64,000 nt of DNA from a virus (Duplodnaviria; Caudoviricetes). The DNA is taken from IMG/VR virus record IMGVR_UViG_3300035686_000003, positions 32,001-96,000 of that record; one strand, 5' to 3'. Below the pieces are notes generated by a model. It did not search any database. It was not told the DNA's origin and saw only the letters and a list, made by a program, of their open reading frames with translations. Positions within the stretch are counted from its first letter, which is position 1. Each line of letters opens with the position of its first letter. Made by a program: the position numbers and the translations under genes. This document shows positions 8,893-17,912 of this stretch, piece after piece.

Positions 8893-9291
8893 CTAAACGT
8901 TGCAGGAGTAAGACGAGTAGTGTTTGGGGTAGTACTTGGATTTTTGCTTTTCTACGGCTTCAACGAACCATTGTGGTAAGTTGTGTTCTTCTTGAATGTC
9001 TAGCAGATCCAGGTAACTCAACCAGCCCCTAGCTCTATCTTGTGCATACTCTTTGATGGAAAAGTTGATGCTGCATTTACAAACGATCAACTGGGTTAGC
9101 AATTGCATATCTTTCGTTTGCAAAAGCTTCCCATGAGTATCAAATCTGTAGAACGCCTCCTTGATAGAGATTGGTTTTTTGACGGATTGAGGCACCTTTC
9201 CTTTAAACACATCATAGGGAGCAAAGTTGTAGACATCTTTCAGTCTTGCATACAACTCAAAGTTCTCGTCAAACCTTTCGGAGTATTTCAT
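8893..9291 (-). CDS. Hypothetical protein
   Basis: 132-aa ORF with ATGA overlap. Confidence 0.6.
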   Translation of the reverse strand: MKYSERFDENFELYARLKDVYNFAPYDVFKGKVPQSVKKPISIKEAFYRFDTHGKLLQTKDMQLLTQLIVCKCSINFSIKEYAQDRARGWLSYLDLLDIQEEHNLPQWFVEAVEKQKSKYYPKHYSSYSCNV

Positions 9292-9473
9292 CGAAGTATA
9301 TTGCCAGTAGTTACAGCTGGAAGTAACGGTGGCGTACCTCCACTACGATTGTTATCACAAGCTCCTACAGCTAGCACAACGAAGACTACGGCAAGTGCGA
9401 TGAGGGTTAGGCGGAATAGTCGGTATTGGATGACGACGGGTGTCTTGAGGACATTCGCTAAGATTATATTCAT
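9288..9473 (-). CDS. Small putative lipoprotein
   Basis: Basic residues, a hydrophobic stretch, then LAVGA-C lipobox; ATGA overlaps on both sides. Confidence 0.5.
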   Translation of the reverse strand: MNIILANVLKTPVVIQYRLFRLTLIALAVVFVVLAVGACDNNRSGGTPPLLPAVTTGNILR

Positions 9474-9784
9474 TGGAGTTCTTCCAGCTTGTAGCTTCGG
9501 GTCTTTCTAGTTTTTTGCAGTTGCGCCAACAGTTCTTCGTGTTGTAACGCCTCTTTTTCCCTTTGAGTTTCCGCATCAACAAACTTTTTCTCTAGAAACT
9601 CCGAGATCTGATTGAGACGAGCAATCGCCAAACCCATGCGAGTTCCCGTAGCTAGAACATCCACAGGATCTTCGCCTGCAAAAGCAACTGTTTCTAATTC
9701 CTCGATTGCATCTTGTGCTTTACGATGAAGTTCGTTTAGCTCTTGTTTTGTGATTTCAATGGTTAAGTTGTTTTCTTCGTTCAT
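9470..9784 (-). CDS. Coiled-coil hypothetical protein
   Basis: 104-aa ORF with GAGG RBS. Confidence 0.6.
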   Translation of the reverse strand: MNEENNLTIEITKQELNELHRKAQDAIEELETVAFAGEDPVDVLATGTRMGLAIARLNQISEFLEKKFVDAETQREKEALQHEELLAQLQKTRKTRSYKLEELQ

Positions 9785-9851
9785 GATTTTCCTCTCGGAT
9801 CAAATATCCCTAGTATGACTATTACAATGATAGACCCTATGATAAGTTCTA

Positions 9852-10355
9852 TCACTTCTTTAGCGTCTTGCGAATTTCTTCCCAGTGTTCCTCCTTAAGC
9901 TTTGTTAAGTCACCATTCTTCGCCTTCAGTTCACCAAAGCTGCTGTAGCCTTGCTCTGGTTGACGACTAATAATTTTAGTGGCATAACCTTCACCGATGC
10001 CATCAAATTCAAGTAACTGAGCCTTGGATAGGGGTGCAATACGTTCATCAGGCTTTGGTTCTTCGGGCACGATAGCTGTCCGTGGTGTTTCAAAGATTGG
10101 CAGAGGCTCACCATTGCGGCGGGAGTCAACTACAGTGAAGCCTTCGAGTTCGCTTGTGACGACAGGTGTGCGGGTGAGGACTTCGAGGGTTTCGTTTTCG
10201 TATGCACCCTTGATGATTGGGTGTTGAAGCATTGCGTCGATATCGTCATCAGGAATGTTGAGGCTGATTCCAGGGGGTATGACGAGAGATTTCAGTTGTT
10301 GCCCTAGCATATAGTTGGCAACGAAAGTGGAGGCGTTGTTACGAATACTTCCCAT
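9852..10355 (-). CDS. Head-module accessory protein with C-terminal helix-hairpin-helix domain
   Basis: LLEFDGIGEGYATKII...YSSFGEL (ComEA-like HhH); downstream of the capsid gene. Confidence 0.6.
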   Translation of the reverse strand: MGSIRNNASTFVANYMLGQQLKSLVIPPGISLNIPDDDIDAMLQHPIIKGAYENETLEVLTRTPVVTSELEGFTVVDSRRNGEPLPIFETPRTAIVPEEPKPDERIAPLSKAQLLEFDGIGEGYATKIISRQPEQGYSSFGELKAKNGDLTKLKEEHWEEIRKTLKK

Positions 10356-10442
10356 AGTTGACGTTGAATAAAGAAAAATTATAATTGGGTGAAAGGGTGG
10401 GGATGAGCCACCCTAGTTACTTTACTCACAGGAGATGAGCTT

Positions 10443-11444
10443 ATGTCTATTGTAGACCAACCAGACTATAATCCGCAAAAACATTACTTGGGCAACCTTT
10501 GTAAACAGCAGCACGACTACTTAGGAACGGGCTACAGCCTAAAGTTTCGCAGTAACGATGAGTGTTGGCATTGCAAAAAGGCATATATGACCAACTATGA
10601 TCGGAGTCTAGTGCCGCAAAGGAAAAACGAGAGAGAGCAAAGGTTAGCTCTTGTGGAAGCTAAGATTGTCGATTTACCTAATTACGATGCGAATAAGTTT
10701 AGGTTGGGTAATCTTTGTAGAGAAAAACACAGCTTCCGAGGAACAGGGCAGAGCTTAAGATACAAGTCTAACCGTCAATGTTTCTTCTGTCATTCTGAAA
10801 AGAGTGCTAAAAGTTATGCTGAGAATCGAGAAGAAAGACTAGCACAAAGACGGAAATTCAAAGAAGAGAATTACGAATATTGTCTACAACGGCGACGTGA
10901 GTACAAAAAGAATAACCGAGAACTGTTTCGTGAAATTGAAGCTAGGTATCGAAATAGCGAGAACGGGAAAAAGCTAGTCAAAGCTTCAATTAAACGTTAC
11001 AACAAAACTGAGAAAGGGCGAATCAGAGCAGTAAGAGGAGCGCATAAAAGAAGAGTCACGCTTCGTAATGGTCATCATGAGTTTTATAGCAAAGAAGATA
11101 TTCAGAATCTTTTTGAAAGGTTTGGATTGTCTTGTGCCTATTGCGGAAAGCACCAATCAAAACTGGAAAACGTTTTAGAGATAGAACACGTTGTACCTAT
11201 AACAAAAGGGGGAGCTGATCGATTGCAAAATTTTGTACCTGCTTGTCGTTCTTGCAACAATAGTAAGCGAGCAAAAATGCTGACTGATTGGTACTTAAAG
11301 CAAAACTTCGCCACCTTAGATAGATTAAATAAAATAATCTTACAATTAGGTAGCGAAGAAATTGAGCAGATAGGCTTGCAGGAGATCGAGCATGGAGTTA
11401 GTTTTCTCCAGCAAAAATTAAATCCCCTCGTAAAAGCGGATTGA
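10443..11444 (+). CDS. Free-standing HNH homing endonuclease, antisense within the head operon
   Basis: CAYCG...EHVVPITKGG...N...ACRSCNNSK; two N-terminal LGNLCxxxH...GTGxSL...CxxC repeats. Confidence 0.9.
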   Translation: MSIVDQPDYNPQKHYLGNLCKQQHDYLGTGYSLKFRSNDECWHCKKAYMTNYDRSLVPQRKNEREQRLALVEAKIVDLPNYDANKFRLGNLCREKHSFRGTGQSLRYKSNRQCFFCHSEKSAKSYAENREERLAQRRKFKEENYEYCLQRRREYKKNNRELFREIEARYRNSENGKKLVKASIKRYNKTEKGRIRAVRGAHKRRVTLRNGHHEFYSKEDIQNLFERFGLSCAYCGKHQSKLENVLEIEHVVPITKGGADRLQNFVPACRSCNNSKRAKMLTDWYLKQNFATLDRLNKIILQLGSEEIEQIGLQEIEHGVSFLQQKLNPLVKAD

Positions 11445-12350
11445 CATTGGTTTTAAGTTCACGATGCCCGCAACTCTACTCCGACAAACAACTCGTGTAG
11501 AAAATACGACTTGTTCGGGTGGTCTTTGTTCAAAATCAAGAGGGATTTCATATCTGATTTTAGAAGGGTTACGCTGATAGCCAATCATTAAATCAGATCC
11601 GCCTGTACCCAATCCAGCGAGCATTTGTACTGGCACAATTTCTTTTATGCCTGTTGCAGATGCTCTCTGTGTGGTCAGGAAAAAGTTGAGTAGGGTGTTG
11701 TCTGTATTAGCGGGATAAACAATTGCGGCAATACGATCGTATTGCTCTTGAGGCATCAAAAGAACATCAGGTTGCTCAATACCCCTAGTGGCTTGACGCA
11801 TTCGAGTGAGGAAATCGACCAGTTCAAGGTAAATTTGCTCAGGTGTCTTATGTATCCATCGGGTAGAATTAGTGCCACCATTAGTATTCCCGTTGTTAGG
11901 AGAAGTCTCTCGAATAACATTAGGTAATGTAGTTAATCCAAGTAAAGAATTCTCCGCAGCACCAGCATATCCAATTTTGTCAATGCCTTCTTCAATCACT
12001 CTTCGAGCAACAATTCCCATTTCTGCTGATATATTCATACCAGCAAATTGAGCAGCTTCCAAATCCTCTAAACTGATTTCGTAGCCGTCTACAAGAGTAC
12101 GAATAATGCCCATTTTCTTCTGTACATAGGCGTTAACCAATGGCACATCAGTTGAGGCATTAGCAAGAATTTTTGCTTCGCCAACTGCGGAGAAAAGACT
12201 GTAAGAGAAGGTTTCAGCTCGATAGTCAACCTGGTTGGTGATAGGAATCAAAGCTCCACTCGCCATTTGTAGGTCAGGGAAATCCTGTCTTACAACTTCA
12301 TTGAAAATGTAATCTAGCTGTTCTTTGAGAAAAATACTATTTGCAGGCAT
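11418..12350 (-). CDS. Major capsid protein (DUF2184 family, HK97 fold)
   Basis: FLKEQLDYI, VGEAKIL, GYEISLEDL..A, KTPEQIY, C-terminal PMSIRFYEGI; synteny. Confidence 0.85.
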   Translation of the reverse strand: MPANSIFLKEQLDYIFNEVVRQDFPDLQMASGALIPITNQVDYRAETFSYSLFSAVGEAKILANASTDVPLVNAYVQKKMGIIRTLVDGYEISLEDLEAAQFAGMNISAEMGIVARRVIEEGIDKIGYAGAAENSLLGLTTLPNVIRETSPNNGNTNGGTNSTRWIHKTPEQIYLELVDFLTRMRQATRGIEQPDVLLMPQEQYDRIAAIVYPANTDNTLLNFFLTTQRASATGIKEIVPVQMLAGLGTGGSDLMIGYQRNPSKIRYEIPLDFEQRPPEQVVFSTRVVCRSRVAGIVNLKPMSIRFYEGI

Positions 12351-12380
12351 TTTTTATATCAATTCCTATAGTTTAAAAAA

Positions 12381-12929
12381 TTACCCTGGCAAATTCAAAT
12401 CAAGAATCGCCAAGCCTGGTGCGGTAGTTTTCTCAAACCAACGTGCCCCAGTAAGAGCAAACGTTTCACCAGCAACTGCAACAGCACGGAAGTTACCCAA
12501 TTGCAAGACGCCAGCTCCAGGTGCATAGCGAACGTGAACAGGCAAAGTTAGGTCTACAGGTGTTTCGCTATAAACGTAAATTTTGCCTACTTTTCGAGCA
12601 GGGACAGAATATTTTGCGGGATAGTTTGTGGACAACGAATCAGCCGCTTCATAAAAGAAGTTGGCTTCTCCATTTACTGTGGGAGTCCGGTGACGCAACA
12701 CAGCAACACCGAGGATTAAATCGGTTGCAGCATTCGGTAGTTTAACAGTAGGTCTTCCAGTAGTATCAGAACCTCCTGCATAAGCGAGCGCTTGACCGTA
12801 CTCGATGGGCACAGTAGAAATAGTTGTGATGTCTTCGTTACCATGTTCGACACCAAAGAGCATTCCCTTCAGAGCTTTCGGATGGTAGTATGTGTAATCG
12901 GCAGCAGTATATTGACTAGCTCCAGCCAT
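12381..12929 (-). CDS. Capsid cement/decoration protein
   Basis: PIEYGQAL, ILGVAV, GKIYV, GARW motifs; immediately upstream of the capsid gene. Confidence 0.75.
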   Translation of the reverse strand: MAGASQYTAADYTYYHPKALKGMLFGVEHGNEDITTISTVPIEYGQALAYAGGSDTTGRPTVKLPNAATDLILGVAVLRHRTPTVNGEANFFYEAADSLSTNYPAKYSVPARKVGKIYVYSETPVDLTLPVHVRYAPGAGVLQLGNFRAVAVAGETFALTGARWFEKTTAPGLAILDLNLPG

Positions 12930-12938
12930 AGTGTCTCC

Positions 12939-13721
12939 TTATTTCTTGTATCCAGAAAGTTGACGCTCTTTGCGAGCCTTCATCGTCGGACTATCCTCTT
13001 TAGCAGCAGGCTTTTTGTCCCCAGCATCTAAGGTGAGTTGCCGATTCTGGTTGATCGCATCAGCTAACTGTTGAGTACCTTCGTCTGCTTTAGTAGTAGC
13101 AGTAGTTTGCGGTTGTGGCTTAAGCGCCAAGTACAGATGCTCCACAAAAGCATCGCGATCGCTACCTTGGCTATCAATGCGGCTCTTAGCTTCAGCAGGA
13201 AGAGTCTCAATTGTTTTGAGGAATCGTGCTTTGTATTCAAGAGCTGGTACAGCGAAATCTGGCTCAAATGCAGAATCAACCTTCTTCAATGAAGGGGATA
13301 CTTCGTTCACAACGGTCAGCAACTCTTTGCAATAGGATGCAATCTCATCGGAATCCATCTTTTTAGACTTCCGCTTCTCATTGGCTTCCTCTTCGTCTTC
13401 GCCTTTTGCACCTTCAGCAGCAATCTTGTCTTCCCACTCCTTATTCTTCTTGGTAGCTGCGTCAAGTTTGGTTTGTAGTGCAGCCACTTCAGCGTCTAGC
13501 TTTACTTTGCTAGATTCTGTTTCGTTCAGAGAGGTTTTCGTTTCAGATAGGGCAGACTCAACAGTTGCTTTAGCGGCTTCAGCTGCATCAAGTTTCAGTT
13601 TAAGATCGGCAATTTCGTTAATCAGAGAATCGTTTTTAGTTAGAGTTTGGTCAACGGCTACTGCCAAGGATGCATCATCTACTTGATAGACCGAGTTGCC
13701 AATTTTAAGTGCTTGCGGCAT
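12939..13721 (-). CDS. Capsid scaffolding protein (coiled coil)
   Basis: Ala/Glu/Lys-rich coiled coil with repeated KxDA/S; resembles the C-terminal half of DUF2213 proteins. Confidence 0.7.
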   Translation of the reverse strand: MPQALKIGNSVYQVDDASLAVAVDQTLTKNDSLINEIADLKLKLDAAEAAKATVESALSETKTSLNETESSKVKLDAEVAALQTKLDAATKKNKEWEDKIAAEGAKGEDEEEANEKRKSKKMDSDEIASYCKELLTVVNEVSPSLKKVDSAFEPDFAVPALEYKARFLKTIETLPAEAKSRIDSQGSDRDAFVEHLYLALKPQPQTTATTKADEGTQQLADAINQNRQLTLDAGDKKPAAKEDSPTMKARKERQLSGYKK

Positions 13722-13724
13722 AGT

Positions 13725-14396
13725 TTATGCAAACAGTAAGTGGGCTAAATCAGTGAGATTAAATATGTTCCCCCGATTAATATGAGGCTCAGGAGAGGTT
13801 ATATCTAAAGGTAAGGGTTTAACAATTTCTTGTTGCTCAGCAAAGTCTTCTTCGGAGTCAAACCTTACTCTTGCATCACGACCAGCTCTTGCAAAGTCTA
13901 CGATCGCCAAATGGTTGTAGCGAATGTTAGTTTGCCGCTTGTCATAGGGGAGTTGTTCCCCAGAATCACTCGTGAATACTCCGCTTTCATCGATTACGTC
14001 GCAATCGTAGCCACAGCTTAGCTCTCGCATACCGGAAGCAACTTTAGCAATGGCATCAGCTTTCTGTAGGTTGATTTTGACTTTGATGTAAGGATTGCTC
14101 GTTGCATCAATTTCATCACCAACAATACCGACTCCATAGCTATCAAAGTTGGTAGGCGTAACCCTAACTGGAGGGTGCTTGACAGTCATCGGAACTCCAG
14201 CAAGAGTTTCAAGACTCTTGGGGTCTAGGACATCATCAGGATGCCGTAGTTCACGAATGATCTTCCCAGAGCTGCGATCACGATACTCGAATACGCCCAC
14301 TCTAGTAGCAATGCCATCAAGTCGTAGATGACCTTGATGTGCTTTGAATGGACGATTAAGAGTTTGAATTATGCCGTTATCGAAGCGAAGTGTCAC
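13725..14396 (-). CDS. DUF2213 prohead protease
   Basis: TRVGVFEY, ELRHPDDV, P.TVKHP, ELSCGY, NHLAIV...RAG. Confidence 0.9.
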   Translation of the reverse strand: MTLRFDNGIIQTLNRPFKAHQGHLRLDGIATRVGVFEYRDRSSGKIIRELRHPDDVLDPKSLETLAGVPMTVKHPPVRVTPTNFDSYGVGIVGDEIDATSNPYIKVKINLQKADAIAKVASGMRELSCGYDCDVIDESGVFTSDSGEQLPYDKRQTNIRYNHLAIVDFARAGRDARVRFDSEEDFAEQQEIVKPLPLDITSPEPHINRGNIFNLTDLAHLLFA

Positions 14397-14457
14397 TGAA
14401 TTCTTTGTAGCAACACATTCATGTTACTTAGGTGTGAAATAACATTTTTGTGTGCAA

Positions 14458-16440
14458 TCACAGTTTTTCGTTTTGTTCGTCACGACGATAACGATAATGG
14501 CGCAATTCTTCAGGTGTCAAATCATTGATAAGACCTAAGAATTCTTCTGGCATATGAGCCAAATACAGATCCATTGCTTCTCGAACTGTGTTGCAACCTA
14601 GGATTATTTTGGTTTCATCCAAAGTTTTGCGTTCCAACCAATCGTCTGCATTAGCTTTGAGTTGATAAACTTCAAAGATTTTTCCAGTCGGTTGTTCTCC
14701 ATCAGAGAGAGCTTGGTAAAACTCTTTGGTGGCATAGAAGTCTAGCGGTTGATTGTCGTGCCCCGTATGCTTCTGGATGTAGCCGTAGATACCTTCCATC
14801 GTGCGACTATGACGCAAATCACCTGGTAGGTATTCTACAGCTAATGTGCGATCGCCCCACTTGAATCGTTTCACAGCAGCATCTGTGCGGCGTTTGTCTG
14901 CCATACGTTCACGATCGCTCTCTTCAGCTTGCATTTGTGCGTTAGTGCCACCATCGCCACCTGAAGCAGCAATAGCCTTTTGCCCTATCTTTGTCCCTTC
15001 ATCGACTCCTGAATGCGCTGTACCTCCAGCCGCCATGCCAGTAGGCTTTCCACCTAAGACTGGCAACATAAACTCAGGATCGTCTTTATGTTCCCAAAGG
15101 AGCTTATCAATCTCAGGGTCAAGGGTTGTTTCCATTGTCCACTCTGGCGAACCATAGCGGTTCTTTCGTATCTCTAGCGGGTGCAATGAACCGAGCATTC
15201 GGTAGATTTGGTCAGTGCGAGCTTGAGTTTGGCGCAACTTAGCTTCTGCTTCCATGTCAAGGCGCATCGAAGACTTAGTGGAAATTTTCCAGCCTTTCGG
15301 TTCTTTACCTTTTGTTACTCCTAGCTTGCTAATAAGACAAAGTCGAGCAATAGTTCTCGTTGGTTTCAACCAGTTGTGCCGCTGAAAGGATTCTTGAGCA
15401 TCAGCGTAGTCATATTTTTCCGACTGCCCACTAGTGTTGCCTTGGCTACCTTCGCCCCACAATTTTGTATGAGGAATACCTGATTCAGCAGTCAATAAAT
15501 GCTTCAATCGGTCAACGATGTCACCTACACCACCATAGTTGCGGTGAACAAATTCAGCCTCTTCAGTCTCAGCATCCATAGCCAATCCCTTGTTGTAGCT
15601 CATGCCCAACTGTATAGCTAGGAAGCGACGTATGATTGCGTCCGACTGCCCTTGAAGAATTAAGTCCGACAATCCTTTGAGTTTGTATGTGAAGACTGAG
15701 TAGTCTTGGATCATTCCAGAGCTTGCCATGATTGACTGCATATATGATGAGAATGCAATCACGATAGATTGTAGTATGCTCAGGTCATTACCTTGATTTG
15801 AGTTGAGCATCCAACCGTAAAGTTTTCGTCCTGAGAATCTGAGTACTCTCGACTTATGAATCCTTGTCTGATTTAATGGAACCTTCTGTCCATCTGGCAA
15901 TCTTCTGTTTAGTTCCCATAGACCTATCAAATCATAATATTCTGGCTCAATGAGTGAGTGACCTCCAATCTCAGTCCCCCATACGGAAGGTCTTAGTTCA
16001 TAGGACGACAAGACTTTGAGTTCAGTAATCTCTTGGAGATTTTCCTCATCAATGGCTTGGTCAGGAGTTCTACCGTCATTGGCAAAGATAACGATATAGG
16101 CATTGTGGTGAAGTCGAGCTAAAACTGAAGCCTCTACCAACTTTTCATGGAGATTTAGCTTATCCTCCATGTAGTTGACGATATCTTGAGGCGCAATGTT
16201 GTCTTTGCCTAAGTTCAACGAATACCATTCAACAGGAGAATCTTCTGGCAATAGTGCAACAATTTTTTGAACTAATCCAGAAGTTTTGAATAATACCTCG
16301 CACTCTTCACGAGTGATTGTCGTTGCTTGGACATTGATTTCAAAGTTTAAGCTTTTGTCTCTGCGTGTACCTGTACCCGTTGAAAGGTTGTACATTCCCG
16401 CATAAGCATCTAGTAGCGCACCATCTTCTCTGTAAGTCAT
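14458..16440 (-). CDS. Portal protein (DUF1073 family) with C-terminal InPase-like domain
   Basis: IHKSRVLRF, YKLKGL, SGIPHTKLWG, E.R; C-terminal VEY..G..R...YGYI..H.G.D..PLD...DETKIILG; ATG 16440 preferred to the track start. Confidence 0.85.
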   Translation of the reverse strand: MTYREDGALLDAYAGMYNLSTGTGTRRDKSLNFEINVQATTITREECEVLFKTSGLVQKIVALLPEDSPVEWYSLNLGKDNIAPQDIVNYMEDKLNLHEKLVEASVLARLHHNAYIVIFANDGRTPDQAIDEENLQEITELKVLSSYELRPSVWGTEIGGHSLIEPEYYDLIGLWELNRRLPDGQKVPLNQTRIHKSRVLRFSGRKLYGWMLNSNQGNDLSILQSIVIAFSSYMQSIMASSGMIQDYSVFTYKLKGLSDLILQGQSDAIIRRFLAIQLGMSYNKGLAMDAETEEAEFVHRNYGGVGDIVDRLKHLLTAESGIPHTKLWGEGSQGNTSGQSEKYDYADAQESFQRHNWLKPTRTIARLCLISKLGVTKGKEPKGWKISTKSSMRLDMEAEAKLRQTQARTDQIYRMLGSLHPLEIRKNRYGSPEWTMETTLDPEIDKLLWEHKDDPEFMLPVLGGKPTGMAAGGTAHSGVDEGTKIGQKAIAASGGDGGTNAQMQAEESDRERMADKRRTDAAVKRFKWGDRTLAVEYLPGDLRHSRTMEGIYGYIQKHTGHDNQPLDFYATKEFYQALSDGEQPTGKIFEVYQLKANADDWLERKTLDETKIILGCNTVREAMDLYLAHMPEEFLGLINDLTPEELRHYRYRRDEQNEKL

Positions 16441-16442
16441 AG

Positions 16443-16832
16443 TTACACCACGAATGCCGACATGATTGTTGCCTTGCCACCAGTGCCGCACCCACATAAT
16501 TGATTCAATGCTTCACTCGCACTAAAACCTTGAGGCACTATGAGGGGGATACTCAAGTCAATCGCAAGCTGAAGATTAAGCAATGTTTCGATTGGTATAG
16601 CTTGTCCCGTAAAGGTCACGCCATCTTCTGCCTTTGACAGAGCTTGTATTTCTAGGTTTGTTTGTAATCTTCGAGCAGCAACGTAATAGTAGCGGTATAC
16701 GATGGCTCCAGACGGATCTATTCCTGCTGATAATTCAAGTAAGTCGCTAATGAATTCTATGTCTTGCTCAAGCAAAGCGTCTGCAAGCAGCTGGGCTTTA
16801 GCAATTGCTTGAGGCAGTGTGAGCAATGCCAT
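16443..16832 (-). CDS. Putative head-tail adaptor
   Basis: 129-aa helical protein (YRYYYVAARRL, LSKAEDGVTF) at the head of the head operon. Confidence 0.5.
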   Translation of the reverse strand: MALLTLPQAIAKAQLLADALLEQDIEFISDLLELSAGIDPSGAIVYRYYYVAARRLQTNLEIQALSKAEDGVTFTGQAIPIETLLNLQLAIDLSIPLIVPQGFSASEALNQLCGCGTGGKATIMSAFVV

Positions 16833-16901
16833 ATATAAAAGCTTTTATCTGTGGTTCTATGGTAAGTAATTTGGGTAGCAAAAGTTACGTGGAAATACGT
16901 C

Positions 16902-17318
16902 ATGGGATTCACCTACATTTCTAACAAGGCAGCAGTTCAAAAGCAGCTGGACGAAGCTTTTACGTCAATGGTTGACTATTATTTCAAAGCGATACGAGCA
17001 GTGGTTAACACTGATAGATATTGGTCAGGTTTTGAGAAAAATCCCATCCGAGATATTGTAGACAAGACGACTTTTCGAGAGTCTCAAGGACAGGAGAAGT
17101 TAGGTCGAATGCATCATGCAATCTTTTGGGCAGCAGCTCATGCTGTATACGTGAGATACGGTGGAACAACCCCTAACGGCAAGCGATTTCCAGGTCGTGC
17201 CTTTGAAGAAGTTGCAGCAGAAGAAGCAGATCTAGCTAACTTCTTTATCAAAGCTTACAAGTCAGGGGGTTCTATGCAAGTAAAAGGTGTTGTGTTGATG
17301 TCGGGACAGGAAGTGTAA
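16902..17318 (+). CDS. Putative tail completion/neck protein (HK97 gp10-like)
   Basis: RDIVDK..FRES...W...HAVYV..G...GR.F pattern. Confidence 0.6.
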   Translation: MGFTYISNKAAVQKQLDEAFTSMVDYYFKAIRAVVNTDRYWSGFEKNPIRDIVDKTTFRESQGQEKLGRMHHAIFWAAAHAVYVRYGGTTPNGKRFPGRAFEEVAAEEADLANFFIKAYKSGGSMQVKGVVLMSGQEV

Positions 17319-17381
17319 ACCCACAACAAAGTTTTGTTTACTTTTGCCAACATTAGAGTGTCATTGCAACAGTAGTTTCGT

Positions 17382-17783
17382 ATGTACTTTTCTAACACAA
17401 AGGCTTTGCGAGACTATCTCAGTGAGCTTTTGCGTCCTCTACTGGGAACTATGACTTTACCTAGTGGAGCAGTTGTTCCTGCTGTTTTCGTAGGCGAACC
17501 TCCAGTGGGCAGTGTTGCATCTGGATTAGCTTTGAACTTTCCGAAAATGGCTAATGGAAGTAGTGGTGCTTTAACAGGGGGTACAGCTTCTACACGAAGA
17601 TTTCAGTTTTATCTCGTTCAGCATCCCGGCACTGAAAAACTCAATGAAGCCACAGATTTAGTTTCGAGAGCATTAAAACCTGTCAATTGGCAATATATTC
17701 CTGGAGTACAGAATCCTGACGGTCAGCAACTTACGCTTGACCAATGTATCTTCAGCTTCAATCGTAGTGCTTTAGTTCTTTAA
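17382..17783 (+). CDS. Putative tail terminator protein
   Basis: 133 aa, directly upstream of the tail tube gene. Confidence 0.5.
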   Translation: MYFSNTKALRDYLSELLRPLLGTMTLPSGAVVPAVFVGEPPVGSVASGLALNFPKMANGSSGALTGGTASTRRFQFYLVQHPGTEKLNEATDLVSRALKPVNWQYIPGVQNPDGQQLTLDQCIFSFNRSALVL

Positions 17784-17912
17784 GCCGTCAAAACCCACAA
17801 TAGTTTTATTTTATAAGTTCAACAATAGAGGAAACAAAACCCTCTCTTGGGCGTAGAGGGGAAGTGAAAACTTTATTCGGCACATCTATTCTAACCCTTA
17901 AGAAAACCTCTT

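Noticed and set aside
11418-12350. Encapsulin nanocompartment
   Set aside because: It is embedded among portal, protease, cement and tail genes, so it is a phage capsid.
14458-16440. Anti-CBASS Acb1 call for the DUF1073 protein
   Set aside because: Synteny and motifs indicate a portal; no 2H phosphoesterase HxT pair is evident, and the C-terminal cargo is InPase-like.
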